A stretch of DNA of 64,000 bases. It comes from Smithella sp. M82. GTDB lineage: Bacteria > Desulfobacterota > Syntrophia > Syntrophales > Smithellaceae. Below the pieces are notes generated by a model. The model was not told the DNA's origin. It saw nothing but the letters and a program-made list of their open reading frames with translations, and made no database searches. The position numbers and the translations under genes were made by a program. Of this stretch, positions 54,105-64,000 are shown piece by piece (position 1 is the stretch's first letter; the number at the start of each line of letters is the position of its first letter). The stretch spans positions 1,308-65,307 of the forward strand of contig MAEO01000126.1 of NCBI GenBank assembly GCA_001683985.1. The letters run 5' to 3'.

Positions 54105-54248
54105 TTATTTTTTCTGAAGCTTTTGCCATTCCACGGAATTAGGAAAGAAAAGCGGCGAATCGTATTTATCCTTGCCGAAATCCCGGATAATCAACTGACC
54201 TTTGTACTTAATACAATCCGGATACCTTAGTTTCTCATTACACCCCAT
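54105..54248 (-). pseudogene. Remnant of a second tupA-like gene (C-terminal ~30 codons only)
   Basis: The 47-codon ORF ends ..KGQLIIRDFGKDKYDSPLFFPNSVEWQKLQKK*. It aligns with the TupA C-terminus KTQAIIKTFGVDKYGSPLFFPDAGKK (15 of 27 identical by eye). Confidence 0.55.
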
Positions 54249-54458
54249 AAACATTTTATTACGATGTTAATGTCATAATTGATATAATGCCAAAATTCAA
54301 GTGAATAATCATGAGCAAATAATATATTTATATATAGAGAAACTGCTATAAATTTATTGACCTTACCTTATAATTTGGGTATTGATACAAAAATTTATCA
54401 TTAAAAGTAATCAACGTTTCCCCCATGATAAAGTGAGTGGCTAAAGGAGATATATAAA

Positions 54459-54674
54459 ATGAGTATGGAAATAAAAGCACCGCTGACCGGAAAAATCGTC
54501 AGTATCGTTGTTAATGTAGGAGACCAAGTCAAGATCGACGATGAAATCGTCATTATGGATGCTATGAAGATGGAAATTCCCATATATTCGCCTGCTGATG
54601 GAACAGTTAAGAAAATAAATGTTAAGGAAGGTGATTCCGTAAAAACGGACCAAGTTTTGGCGATACTTGCTTAG
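54459..54674 (+). CDS. Stand-alone biotinyl/lipoyl-domain carrier protein (71 aa)
   Basis: The AMKME biotinylation motif sits in ..IVIMDAMKMEIPIYSP... A good RBS (AAAGGAGA) lies upstream. Confidence 0.8.
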   Translation: MSMEIKAPLTGKIVSIVVNVGDQVKIDDEIVIMDAMKMEIPIYSPADGTVKKINVKEGDSVKTDQVLAILA

Positions 54675-54685
54675 AGGAGCCTCTA

Positions 54686-55387
54686 TTACTCAGAGTCCTT
54701 AATCAACATTGTTGCCGGATCAAGAATCAAATCATTTTGTTTTGATTCGATTGATATTCCTTTAAGAGATTTGATATATACTTCATCGCCTTTTGCCGCC
54801 AATTGAACGATAGCATCAAACAAATCCGCTATGTGCAGAAAAGAAAGAGGCAAACCATTCTCCTGCGGGGGTTCATGGCGATGTGTATGGACAGTAAACC
54901 ACATTCGCATAGAATATTTGTCAACTAACTCCTTCAATCGCATAAGCTGGCCTCGTCCAGCGTCATCAAATCGGAATCCGTCAATAATAATCGTATGTGG
55001 TTTGAAGATATTCTGCTCCATTAAATCAGTCAGGCGTTCTTCCAATTTTGGAGCGCTAAAACCTTCCACCTTGAAGGTCATGATAAAACGATACGGCTGA
55101 ATTCTATCCCAGTATTCAGTTACTTCAACAATGCCGAATCTTTTAATAATATCATGAAAAATCTCCTGATACCATAGATCAACCTTACCGACCGCATCGT
55201 TTAGACTAACGTGAAGGATAGAATTTCCCCTCAACATCATATTCAAAGCCAATTGAACCAGCAGGGCGGTCTTTCCAACTCCTGCATGAGCCAGAACCGC
55301 TCCGAAACCTCCGACAGGCAAAATATCTTCATTTTCATAACCAAGACTGACAAGCGGATTGCGATATAACATTTCCTTTTTTATCAT
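54686..55387 (-). CDS. RecA/KaiC-superfamily P-loop ATPase of unknown function
   Basis: Walker A-like AHAGVGKTALL and Walker B-like HTIIIDGF are present. The start is uncertain: TTG 55483 in the track, while ATG 55387 has an AAGGA RBS. Confidence 0.4.
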   Translation of the reverse strand: MIKKEMLYRNPLVSLGYENEDILPVGGFGAVLAHAGVGKTALLVQLALNMMLRGNSILHVSLNDAVGKVDLWYQEIFHDIIKRFGIVEVTEYWDRIQPYRFIMTFKVEGFSAPKLEERLTDLMEQNIFKPHTIIIDGFRFDDAGRGQLMRLKELVDKYSMRMWFTVHTHRHEPPQENGLPLSFLHIADLFDAIVQLAAKGDEVYIKSLKGISIESKQNDLILDPATMLIKDSE

Positions 55388-55480
55388 GATGATATCCTTA
55401 TAAGTTAAATGGATAATATTATTTTCCCTTTTCAGGTCAACGCTAATTGTAAACATATCTATATATCGATTTAATTCTAA

Positions 55481-55520
55481 CAATATGTCATTTCGAGCAA
55501 AGCGAGAAATCTTAATTTTA
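55481..55520 (-). repeat. Short dispersed ~35-nt repeat, copy 2
   Basis: caatatgtcatttcgagcaaagcgagaaatcttaatttta is the reverse complement of the 4636-4675 copy with 2-3 differences. Confidence 0.6.
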
Positions 55521-55579
55521 AAAAATTCACGTTTTAAGATTCCTCATTCCGAAAAACCGGACTCGTAATGACAAAGCTA

Positions 55580-57667
55580 TTACGCGGCCGATTTTTTATT
55601 TTGAGCCACTTCCAAAGCAATTTTTTCCGCAATCGACTGCGGTACCTGCCGATATATCGCAAACTCCATTGTAAACTGCGCTTTGCCCTGCGTGGCCGAA
55701 CGCAGGATAGTCGAAAATCCGAACATTTCCGCCAGCGGAACCTGCGCTTCAATCACGCACATGACATCTTCATCCTGAGAGCCGATAATCATTCCGCGAC
55801 GCTGATTCAAAAGTCCCATAACCGAACCCTGAAACTCCGTGGGCGTCTCCACAACAACTTTCATTATCGGTTCATGGATGACCGGTTTGGCTCGCAGATA
55901 TGCTTCCTTGAAAGCGCCGCGTGCTGCCGCCTGAAATGCCATATCCGAAGAATCAACGGAGTGTGACGCGCCGTCATTGATGACAACCTTTACGCCGGTA
56001 ACCGGAAATTCCAGCTTCGGCCCCTTTGCCATGCTTTGCTTAAATCCTTTTTCACAGGCTTGAATATACTGGGTGGGAATCGCTCCACCGAATATCTTAT
56101 TTTCAAATACAAATTCGCCATCGGAAATAGGTTCCAGATAACCGGCCACGCGGCCGAATTGTCCCGCCCCACCGGTTTGCTTTTTATGAGTATAATTAAA
56201 TTCGGCACGTTGAGTAATCGTTTCACGATATGCAACACGGGGATTGCCTGTCGTAACATCGGCTCCATATTCACGTCGCATTCTTTCCACATAAATATCC
56301 AGATGCAGCTCGCCCATGCCCTCGATAATTGTATCGCCGGTTTCATTATCAACATATGTTTTGAAAGTCGGATCTTCCTTGGCAAATCTGTTGAGCGCTT
56401 TGGCCACGGCGATCTGCGATTTATTGTCTTTGAGTACAATCGCCAGCGAGATGACCGGCTTGGGAACATACATCGAAATCATGGTTAAGTTTACTTCCGG
56501 AGAAGTGAAGGTATCTCCAGAAGAACATTCAATTCCAAACAACGCGCCGATATATCCGGCCCGCAGATATTCGACATCCTCCATCTGGTCGGCATGCATG
56601 CGTACCAGCCTGCCGACCTTCACTTTCTTACCGGTACGGACATTGACTATTGTCGAACCTTTTTCCAGCGTTCCCTGATAAACACGAATATAGGTTAACT
56701 GCCCGTACTGGCCGTCTTCCAGTTTGAAAACCAACGCGACAATCGGTTTTTCCGGGTCGTTACTCAACACGACTTTTTCTTCATTCTTATCCATATCGAT
56801 AGCTTCATTTTCTATTTCAGAAGGACAGGGCAGAAGATAAGTTACACCGTCGAGCATCGGCTGAACACCTTTGTTTTTATAAGCAGAGCCCATGTAAACG
56901 GGGGTTATTTCTCTTTTAAGCGTTCCTTTGCGCAGAGCCGTATAAATCATTTCAGATGATATTTCGCTTTCATTTAAGATTGCTTCCGTCAGTTCATCGG
57001 AAAAAAGTGACGCGGCATCTATTAATTCTTCTCTTTTGGCTTTGGCTTCTTCCAGTAGATAAGAAGGAATTTCAACTTCGCGAACAATTTCACCGTTGCC
57101 ACCTTCAAAATAAAGAGCCTTCATACCAACCAGATCAACAACACCCTGCACATCGTTTTCCAGACCGATGGGAATCTGCATTGCCACGGCATTATGTCCC
57201 AGTTTTGTTTTCAACTGGCTGATAACACGGAAAGGATTGGCGCCACTGCGGTCGCATTTATTGATAAAAGCTATGCAGGGAACTTTATATCTCTTCATTT
57301 GACGATCAACTGTTATGGATTGAGACTGAACACCTCCCACAGCACATAAAACCAAAATTGCACCATCCAGAACGCGAAGAGAACGTTCCACCTCAATGGT
57401 AAAATCGACGTGACCGGGCGTATCGATTATATTTATTTCATGGCCTTTCCATTCACAATAAGTTGCCGCTGAAGCAATCGTGATGCCGCGCTCCTTCTCC
57501 AGTTCCATTGAATCCATGGTAGCGCCGACACCATCTTTGCCTTTGACATCATGAATGGCATGAATTCTTTTCGTGTAATAAAGAATTCTTTCGGTAAGCG
57601 TGGTCTTGCCGGAATCGATATGCGCGCTTATGCCGATATTGCGAATTTTTTGATCTTCAGTCTTCAT
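55580..57667 (-). CDS. fusA: Elongation factor G paralog (EF-G2-type; not in an str operon context)
   Basis: G1-G4 motifs are present ([21 protein letters not shown]) and homology is full-length. The start is at ATG 57667 ([13 protein letters not shown]..). The track's 34-aa extension translates a PDKSGR-type hairpin repeat. Confidence 0.9.
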   Translation of the reverse strand: MKTEDQKIRNIGISAHIDSGKTTLTERILYYTKRIHAIHDVKGKDGVGATMDSMELEKERGITIASAATYCEWKGHEINIIDTPGHVDFTIEVERSLRVLDGAILVLCAVGGVQSQSITVDRQMKRYKVPCIAFINKCDRSGANPFRVISQLKTKLGHNAVAMQIPIGLENDVQGVVDLVGMKALYFEGGNGEIVREVEIPSYLLEEAKAKREELIDAASLFSDELTEAILNESEISSEMIYTALRKGTLKREITPVYMGSAYKNKGVQPMLDGVTYLLPCPSEIENEAIDMDKNEEKVVLSNDPEKPIVALVFKLEDGQYGQLTYIRVYQGTLEKGSTIVNVRTGKKVKVGRLVRMHADQMEDVEYLRAGYIGALFGIECSSGDTFTSPEVNLTMISMYVPKPVISLAIVLKDNKSQIAVAKALNRFAKEDPTFKTYVDNETGDTIIEGMGELHLDIYVERMRREYGADVTTGNPRVAYRETITQRAEFNYTHKKQTGGAGQFGRVAGYLEPISDGEFVFENKIFGGAIPTQYIQACEKGFKQSMAKGPKLEFPVTGVKVVINDGASHSVDSSDMAFQAAARGAFKEAYLRAKPVIHEPIMKVVVETPTEFQGSVMGLLNQRRGMIIGSQDEDVMCVIEAQVPLAEMFGFSTILRSATQGKAQFTMEFAIYRQVPQSIAEKIALEVAQNKKSAA

Positions 57668-57982
57668 TATTTTTTCCTTTTGTTTCTTATATAATCCCGC
57701 GTCGCTTCGTCCCGATTTATCGGGACTCCTTTTCAATAAAAAACCCCACGCTTGTAAGAATCGCTGCAAGATGGGGTGTCCACCGTAAACCAGAATTTTT
57801 TGTGAAAGGGCTAGTTACACATTGATTGACAATATGTCAAGCTAACATTTTATTATTATTTTTTATTAATATTTTGGTAAAAGAAACACCTCTGGGGAAA
57901 TTGTAATATTTTCAACACACTAAAAAAGCGCTCCGCAACGATTTCTCATAAACGAAGCGCTCATTTTAAATTCCGGCAAATA

Positions 57983-58183
57983 TTACACAGGTTTGACGTT
58001 TGTAGCTTCCGGGCCTTTTTTGCCCTGAGCAATATCAAAACTTACCAGTTGACCTTCTTTTAATGTTTTGAAACCATCGGTTTGAATTGCACTAAAATGT
58101 ACAAAAACGTCGGCGCCGTCCTCTTGCGAAATGAAGCCGAAACCTTTGCTTTCATTGAACCACTTCACTTTACCTTCTGACAC
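57983..58183 (-). CDS. cspA: Cold-shock protein (CspA family)
   Basis: The 66-aa ORF carries RNP1 KGFGFI and RNP2 VFVHF. It has a GTG start with an AAAGGAGG RBS and a ~160-nt upstream leader. Confidence 0.95.
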   Translation of the reverse strand: MSEGKVKWFNESKGFGFISQEDGADVFVHFSAIQTDGFKTLKEGQLVSFDIAQGKKGPEATNVKPV

Positions 58184-58410
58184 AGTTCTAATCCTCCTTT
58201 CTTAATATTTCTAAAAGTCGAATCAACGCTATGGCAGAACTAAAAAAACCACCAACACTCTAAAGTACAGCCGGCTAACCTATGTGCTTCAAAACGTCTA
58301 AATTCAACTCTTTCCTTCAAATCTTCACTCCCGAACATTTGAAGTTGGCGTGACCTTATAGCAATTCCCGAGAATAGTCAAGATTTTTTATATAGTGTAA
58401 AAATATTTGA

Positions 58411-59625
58411 TCATGCCGGCTTGCGGAAGACAACCTGAATATCACCCAAAACGCGTTCGGCAAATCCCGCTTCGCATATAGACAGATAGTATTCCCATTT
58501 TCTACGGAAAGCGTCATTAAACCCCATTGCTGATATTGATCCAATATTGTTGAGGTATTTCTCCCGCCAGTCTCTGAGTGTTGCAGCATAGTTAATGCCG
58601 ATATCCTTTAAATTTTCCATCAGAAAACCCGAATATTTTGTCGCCGCCTGACTTAGAACAGTAACTGAAGGAAGAAGCCCACCAGGGAAAATATGTTTCT
58701 GAATCCAATCTATTTTCCGCTTGTATTCTTTATAACGCTGATCAGGAATGGTGATAACCTGAATAACAAGCAACCCGCCCGGCCGGAGAAGGCGGTCACA
58801 ACACTGGAAAAATTTGCCGAAATACCGGTGACCAACGGCTTCCAACATTTCAATGGAAACTATTTTATCATAGATACCCTTGATTTCGCGGTAATCCTGA
58901 AGGCGAATCTCAATATTTTTTTCCAGTCCTTCCTTTTTTACACGATCCATTGCCAGCTCATATTGTGCTTTGGAAACTGTAATGCCCGCAAGACGGCATT
59001 TTGTCTGTTTAACCGCTTCTATTGCAAATCCGCACCAGCCACAACCGATTTCAAGTACATGATCTGTTCCTTTTATTTGAGCCTTTTCTATAATGCTGCT
59101 TACTTTATTTTTTTGAGCCGTTTCACAGGAATCATTATCTGAAGCATAAATCCCGCAGGAATAAAGCATGGATGGGTCAAGAAATTTCTGAAAGAATTCG
59201 TTGCTCAAATCATAGTGCTGCTGAATATTTTCCCGGCTGCCATCCGGCGTATTTCCCCTTGAATTATAAAACAAACGATTTTTCTGATTGCACAACCAGG
59301 CTACGGCAGAATACCCATCTTTTAATGCCTGCCGGTTCTTGATAAATAATCGGAACAGACATGGAATGTCTTCGGTATCCCACATGCCAAGCATAAAAGA
59401 TTCACCAAGGCCGATATCGCCCCGCAAAACAACTTCAGAAAAAAACCGGTAATCGAATACATTAATATCGGCCGATAGACTCGAACCTTTGTCACCAAAG
59501 GATTCCTTTTGACCGTCAGGAAGACAAATCGTCAGATGACCGGCTCGAATCTTTTTTAGAAGCTGAAAAATAATATTTTTGCAAATTTTCTGCGTTAAAG
59601 TTGGCGACATTTTACGGATTGTCAT
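58411..59625 (-). CDS. cfa: Cyclopropane-fatty-acyl-phospholipid synthase
   Basis: Full-length CFA-synthase pattern: ..HYDLSNEFFQKFLD..MLYSCG.., SAM motif VLEIGCGWCGFA and ..SIEMLEAVGH... Confidence 0.9.
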   Translation of the reverse strand: MTIRKMSPTLTQKICKNIIFQLLKKIRAGHLTICLPDGQKESFGDKGSSLSADINVFDYRFFSEVVLRGDIGLGESFMLGMWDTEDIPCLFRLFIKNRQALKDGYSAVAWLCNQKNRLFYNSRGNTPDGSRENIQQHYDLSNEFFQKFLDPSMLYSCGIYASDNDSCETAQKNKVSSIIEKAQIKGTDHVLEIGCGWCGFAIEAVKQTKCRLAGITVSKAQYELAMDRVKKEGLEKNIEIRLQDYREIKGIYDKIVSIEMLEAVGHRYFGKFFQCCDRLLRPGGLLVIQVITIPDQRYKEYKRKIDWIQKHIFPGGLLPSVTVLSQAATKYSGFLMENLKDIGINYAATLRDWREKYLNNIGSISAMGFNDAFRRKWEYYLSICEAGFAERVLGDIQVVFRKPA

Positions 59626-59679
59626 AACAGCGCCCTCCTAAAATTATCACTAAGTTGTACAGCGCCCATTGGGGCACTG

Positions 59680-60087
59680 TCAATCTTTTTGTGTAAAATA
59701 TTCATAGGCCAATTCTTTAAAGAAAGGCAGGTTCTTACGCACTTTTCCTACCGGGTTTGACCTCCAATGCAATTCCATTTTCAAAGATATTTTACATGTT
59801 TGCCGGACATCATGTTCCATCTCCTCCAGCATAGCTTTATCCCTGATGACGATAAATTTCCAGGGCTGAGAGTTTCCGGCGGAAGGAGCGTAGCGGCCGG
59901 CTTCCAGTATTCGCCGAACCAGATGTTCCGGCGCCTGCTCTGGTTTGTACCAGCGAACACTTCGTCGTTCTAAAATAACTTTCTCTGCCTGATTCCAGTC
60001 TTCCGTAAGCGGTAGAGAGATCTTATTCTTCTCCGCCTCCAATTCCATGTCTATAGCCTTTACATCACTCACAGTTCTATTATCCAT
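59680..60087 (-). CDS. Nitroreductase-family protein, probably C-terminally truncated
   Basis: RRSVRWY..ILEAGRYAPSAGNSQPWKFIVI is the N-terminal nitroreductase signature. Only about 90 aa of the ~170-aa fold are present before the stop, and cfa starts 54 nt later. Confidence 0.5.
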   Translation of the reverse strand: MDNRTVSDVKAIDMELEAEKNKISLPLTEDWNQAEKVILERRSVRWYKPEQAPEHLVRRILEAGRYAPSAGNSQPWKFIVIRDKAMLEEMEHDVRQTCKISLKMELHWRSNPVGKVRKNLPFFKELAYEYFTQKD

Positions 60088-60349
60088 GCTACATCCTTCA
60101 GAAGGGAAGTCATTCCATACACTCTACGTGTCTTTTTATACATTATTTTTGTGATTTTCAACAACAAAAGTGCGGACATACCGGCAGACATTTCATGCAC
60201 CGGATTCCGTAGTTTTCAAACATGCTCGTCGTGAAATATTCGTTTCTGAAAAAATTGTTGAAAAATGTGATAGAATGTTTTATTTTTACTTTGATTTTTT
60301 ATTGCTTTATGTTATAAAATAAACATTTCGATTTTAAGGAAGAATATTT

Positions 60350-60994
60350 TTGAGAACTGTACTGAAGGCGCGCATACCTGTTCAACAAAGGGGAATTAAA
60401 ACAAAAGAAAAAATTATCAGCGCTGCAATGGTGTTATTTGCTGAAAAGGGATATTATAAAACAAATGCCATGGAAATCGCCGCCAAGGCTGACATCGCAA
60501 CAGGCACCTTTTACAGTTATTTCAACAACAAAAAGGAAGTCTTCCGTGAAATAATTATACGTGTATTTAAAAATATTGCTGAAAGTGTGTTGCTTAAAAT
60601 TGAACTCCAGACTCATAACAACCATGCGGAAAATTATAAAGAGCTGAGAAATATTATTCATTTTATTGTAAATAATATTCTTCAAGCATACAGAATTAAC
60701 AATCGGCTTTTAAAAGAAATTCTTGCCATGGTATTGCTTGATCACGAAATAGAAAAAATACTCATCAAGGAAGAAAAAAAAGTAATAAATCTCCTGGTTG
60801 TATTATTTCAAACCTACAAAGATTCCATGCGTATATCCGACTTGGAAGCAGCTGCGGTATTGCTTCTTAAATTTATGGAAGAAATGGTTTACATAATAAA
60901 ATTTGGCAGTACCGATATCAAGGAAAAAAGGCTTCTAAAAGAAATAGAAGACTTGATGTGCAGATATCTGCTGATAGACAGTTTAAAAAGTTAG
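60350..60994 (+). CDS. TetR/AcrR-family transcriptional regulator
   Basis: The N-terminal HTH reads KEKIISAAMVLFAEKGYYKTNAMEIAAKADIATGTFYSYFNNKKEVF. The TTG start has an AAGGAAG RBS. An extended -10 (TGaTAGAAT, 60268-60276) lies upstream. Confidence 0.8.
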   Translation: MRTVLKARIPVQQRGIKTKEKIISAAMVLFAEKGYYKTNAMEIAAKADIATGTFYSYFNNKKEVFREIIIRVFKNIAESVLLKIELQTHNNHAENYKELRNIIHFIVNNILQAYRINNRLLKEILAMVLLDHEIEKILIKEEKKVINLLVVLFQTYKDSMRISDLEAAAVLLLKFMEEMVYIIKFGSTDIKEKRLLKEIEDLMCRYLLIDSLKS

Positions 60995-61021
60995 AGCCAT
61001 TTTATATCTTTTAGTCACTAA

Positions 61022-61296
61022 TCAAACTTTCAAAACAGGACGTTTATTGAACCATGGTTTTGCCTTTTCCAACTGAGAAGCCAGTCTGAAAAGAGTTGCC
61101 TCATCACCGAATGGCGCTACAAATTGGACACCGCAGAGCATGTCGTTTTTATCCCACTGCAACGGAACATTCATTGCCGGTTGTCCGGTAAAGTTGGCAA
61201 TCTGAGTAAAAGGCATCTGGGCAAGAGTTTTATCGCAATTTTATTTACCATGCCGGAAGCCTTGGCCAGTAAACCAAGTTTAACTATATTTAATAC
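61022..61296 (-). pseudogene. Amidase-signature-family remnant (C-terminal ~70 codons)
   Basis: ..LAQMPFTQIANFTGQPAMNVPLQW..GVQFVAPFGDEATLFRLASQLE.. matches the C-terminal end of Asp-tRNA/Glu-tRNA-type or general amidases. There is an in-frame stop at 61241-61243, and repeat copy R6 begins at 61297 where the remaining ~400 codons should lie. Confidence 0.6.
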
Positions 61297-61503
61297 TTTC
61301 CTCTGAAAATACACATCTAAGTTCTTGTTTATATTGTTATTTAAAAACTATCCCCATCAAATCCCCCTCCATCCCCCTTTCCTAAGGGGGGAAGTTCCCC
61401 TCTTTGGCAAAGAGGGCAGGGCTTGAGTTCCCCCCTTTTCTAAAGGGGGGTGAGGGGGGATTTTTATGCTCCTTCGTGACGGATACCGTCATGTGGGTTT
61501 CAT
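61297..61503 (+). repeat. Modular hairpin repeat, copy R6 (full length)
   Basis: L arm + hairpin A + hairpin B (ccctcttt-ggc-aaagaggg) + hairpin A + R arm. R6 aligns with R1, with the reverse complement of R5, and with R3+R4. Confidence 0.85.
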
Positions 61504-61548
61504 TTGTAATCAGATTATTTTATTTTTTTTCCGAATAATCACTTTTCT

Positions 61549-61975
61549 TCATGACGCCCCGAATACAGGAAGAGCACTGCGCTTCAGAAGGTGCATTCGA
61601 CGGGAAGACATAACGAACGGCTCGTTCGTATATAAGAAGTAATCCCATGCCCGGTTGATTAGAACCATGACTCTGTTGCGGAATCCGATTAGATTAAAAA
61701 GACGAATAACCAGCCAAAGCATCCAGGCAAAAAATCCGGTAAAAGTGCGCGAACCGATGGCAACTCCGGCAGCTTTACGGCCTATAGTAATCATCGATCC
61801 GCGATCTTTATAAACGAAAGCTTGTGGTGTCGAACCTGCAACTTGCCTTATTTACAGGCTGGTCGGCCAGTGTACGCGCTGCCCACAAACCGCCAAAACC
61901 GCCGCCGATAATGACGACCTGCGGTTCTTTACCTTCAGTTAAATTTCCCCATAACCCACCTGCGGAATGATTCAA
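61549..61975 (-). pseudogene. ndh: Type II NADH dehydrogenase (ndh) with large internal deletion and frame change
   Basis: The N-terminal fragment from TTG 61975 reads ..EGKEPQVVIIGGGFGGLWAARTLADQPV (FAD-binding GxGxxG) and then runs into a stop. The C-terminal fragment, in another frame, reads ..AFVYKDRGSMITIGRKAAGV..GFFAWMLWLVIRLFNLIGFRNR... About 300 central codons are missing. Confidence 0.6.
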
Positions 61976-62030
61976 TTATTCCAGTGAATACATTGTTCCA
62001 TCTTTAATTAACTGTTGCTGCCGCTATTTG

Positions 62031-64000
62031 TTATTTCTTTGTTTTAGTAATCTTTCTGCCGGTGCTTGCCGGTTTTTTCTTTTTTAGCGGCTCAACCGGT
62101 CTGTGCTTTTTTACCGGCGCATTGGATTGTTTTTTTTCCTTTACAGGTTCGAGCGCCAGATTTACAACATCCATCATATCGTTGACAAAATGAAATGAAA
62201 TATTCTTTTGCACATTGGCTGGAATATCTTCAAGGTCTTTCTTATTCCAGGCAGGCAGCAAAATAGTCCTGATGCCGGCACGGTAAGCTGCGAGTACTTT
62301 ATCTTTGATGCCGCCCACCGGAAGCACAGCACCGCGCAGTGTTATCTCCCCGGTCATAGCCAGATGTTTCTTCACTTTGCGGTTGGTTAACAAAGACGTC
62401 AAAACAGTGAGCATCGTCACACCTGCCGACGGACCATCTTTGGGGATTGCCCCTGCCGGCACGTGAATATGAATATCCATATCATCAAAAAACTCTGATT
62501 TTATACCTAACACCCTGGCATTAGTGCGGATAAAACTCAATGCCGCAGTCGCCGACTCTTTCATGACGTCCCCCAACTGCCCTGTTAGAGTAAGGCCTTT
62601 TTTGCCTTTCATGGCCGTGGCTTCCACAAACAGTATGTCACCGCCTACCGGTGTCCAGGCAAGACCTATGGCAATGCCCGGCCTGGTGATTCGCGAATCG
62701 ATGTCGGTAGGAACCTTTATCGGTCCCAAATACGCGGGAATGTCTTCATCCGTCAGCTTTTTTGATTTGACGCTGCCCTCGGCAATCTGTGCCGCTACAC
62801 CTCGACAAACGTTGGCAATTTCCCTTTCCAGGTTTCTTACTCCCGCTTCACGCGTGTAACCGGTAATGATCATGTCGAGCGCTTTTTCATTCAACTGAAA
62901 TTGTTCTGCAGTCAGTCCGTTTTCTGTCAACTGCCGCGGGATTAAATAGCGCTCGGCAATTTTAACCTTTTCCTGCTGTGTATAACCAGTCAATTCGATA
63001 ACTTCCAGTCTGTCGAGCAGCGCCGGAGGAATAGTGTCCAGCACATTGGCCGTAGTAATGAACATGACATGCGACAGATCGAACGGCACATCCAGATAGT
63101 GATCGGAAAACGAATTGTTTTGTTGAGGATCCAGGACCTCCAGCAGAGCCGAAGAGGGATCACCGCGGAAATCACTGCCGACCTTGTCTATTTCATCAAG
63201 CATAAACACCGGATTGTTCGACTCCGCGCGTCTGAGTCCCTGAATAATACGTCCGGGCAAAGCGCCGATATAAGTGCGACGATGGCCTCTGATTTCGGCC
63301 TCATCGCGCACACCGCCCAGTGATATGCGCACAAACTTGCGCTCGAGCGCCCGGGCAATGGAATGCCCCAGTGAAGTTTTACCTGTTCCCGGAGGACCCA
63401 CAAAACAAAGGATAGGTCCTTTGGAATCCGGTTTGAGCTTGCGCACCGCGAGATACTCGATAATGCGCTTCTTAGGCTTAGTCAGGCCATAGTGGTCTTC
63501 ATCCAAAACCTGACGAGCCTTGGTTATATCCAGATTATCTGCTGTCGAAACGTTCCAGGGAAGAGCCGTTATCCAGTCAAGATAGGTCGAAGAAACCGTA
63601 TATTCCGCTGAGAACGGATGCATGCGGGACAAGCGCTCAAGTTCCCTTAGCGCTTCTTTTTTTGCTTCTTCAGGCAGATTTTTCTCTTCAATTTTTTTAC
63701 GATATTCATCCGTCTCTACCGTATTTTCATCTGTTTCACCCAGTTCCTGCTTGATAGCCTTCATTTGCTGACGCAGATAATATTCTCTCTGGCTTTTATC
63801 GATATCGTCCTTGACTTTGGTTTGTATTTTATTGCCCAGTTCCAGAACTTCCTTTTGATGATTAACCATACCGGTAACTACTTTGAGACGTTCTTTCAAA
63901 TCGGCAACATCCAGAACTTTTTGTTTTTCTTCCATGGGCGCGTTGATGATTGAAGCAATCAAATCAGCCAGAATACCCGCATCAGTAATGGATTTGGCCA
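62031..64000 (-). CDS. lon: ATP-dependent Lon protease (N-terminus outside window)
   Basis: Walker A reads [12 protein letters not shown]+ and S16 protease domains are present (..[10 protein letters not shown].. with the catalytic Ser, ..[11 protein letters not shown]..). The frame is open to the window edge. The C-terminal ~40 aa form a Lys-rich tail. Confidence 0.95.
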   Translation of the reverse strand, partial: AKSITDAGILADLIASIINAPMEEKQKVLDVADLKERLKVVTGMVNHQKEVLELGNKIQTKVKDDIDKSQREYYLRQQMKAIKQELGETDENTVETDEYRKKIEEKNLPEEAKKEALRELERLSRMHPFSAEYTVSSTYLDWITALPWNVSTADNLDITKARQVLDEDHYGLTKPKKRIIEYLAVRKLKPDSKGPILCFVGPPGTGKTSLGHSIARALERKFVRISLGGVRDEAEIRGHRRTYIGALPGRIIQGLRRAESNNPVFMLDEIDKVGSDFRGDPSSALLEVLDPQQNNSFSDHYLDVPFDLSHVMFITTANVLDTIPPALLDRLEVIELTGYTQQEKVKIAERYLIPRQLTENGLTAEQFQLNEKALDMIITGYTREAGVRNLEREIANVCRGVAAQIAEGSVKSKKLTDEDIPAYLGPIKVPTDIDSRITRPGIAIGLAWTPVGGDILFVEATAMKGKKGLTLTGQLGDVMKESATAALSFIRTNARVLGIKSEFFDDMDIHIHVPAGAIPKDGPSAGVTMLTVLTSLLTNRKVKKHLAMTGEITLRGAVLPVGGIKDKVLAAYRAGIRTILLPAWNKKDLEDIPANVQKNISFHFVNDMMDVVNLALEPVKEKKQSNAPVKKHRPVEPLKKKKPASTGRKITKTKK

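Noticed and set aside
54077-54458. Molybdenum-cofactor riboswitch or other leader RNA upstream of the tupA-like operon
   Set aside because: I could not find the conserved Moco-motif elements. The region is AT-rich and is largely explained by the tupA-like gene remnant. It has not been excluded computationally.
55990-56678. Alternative-frame and antisense ORFs within the EF-G gene (55990..56469 -, 56036..56488 +, 56316..56678 +)
   Set aside because: The EF-G frame has unambiguous full-length GTPase homology. The overlapping ORFs have no recognisable motifs.
1-64000. Mobile genetic element, prophage or defence island
   Set aside because: No integrase, transposase, phage structural gene, toxin-antitoxin, restriction-modification gene or other recognisable defence gene was seen, and there are no flanking tRNA or att-like direct repeats. 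The only mobile-like signal is the non-autonomous repeat family.

Overview
This 64-kb window is about 40% GC. I found no rRNA, tRNA, CRISPR array, transposase or integrase. Gene content and repeat style suggest a Desulfobacterota-type (deltaproteobacterial) chromosome; this is inference, since no database search was possible. The layout is as follows. (1) 1-24.6 kb holds an MSHA-type type IV pilus locus split by a ~9.5 kb glycan island. It contains an ECF sigma/anti-sigma pair co-operonic with three prepilin-type minor pilins (1-4522). One of these, absent from the ORF track, is an open-ended composite ORF of at least 734 aa. Next come sugar-modification genes (5031-11970), a GT-C-like/TPR membrane protein (12405-14483), the major pilin (14699-15073) and mshG-E-M-L-K-J-I-like biogenesis genes (15556-24637). 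A modular GC-hairpin, MITE-like repeat family sits at every boundary between these transcription units. (2) 25-28.8 kb encodes an L,D-transpeptidase, a TPR protein and a methyltransferase. (3) 28.9-34.9 kb is a six-gene operon: PHP phosphoesterase, GT4, methyltransferase, prenyltransferase-like barrel, hexapeptide acyltransferase and B12-radical SAM. (4) 35.5-49.3 kb is a complete Lap-type, c-di-GMP-gated type I secretion adhesin system. It comprises a TolC-like protein, an ABC transporter, an HlyD-family protein, a LuxR-type pseudo-receiver, a 1285-aa VWA/RTX adhesin with a TAAG site, LapG and LapD. (5) 49.8-64 kb carries housekeeping-type genes: OmpA/TSP3, tupABC-like, EF-G paralog, csp, cfa, TetR and lon (partial). 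It also contains a patch of decayed genes. The most unusual observation is a ~100-aa C-terminal module. It is shared at about 60-65% identity by three unrelated exported proteins, and one of them is the TolC-like component of the Lap system. All functional calls rest on motif and family recognition by eye and are unverified.
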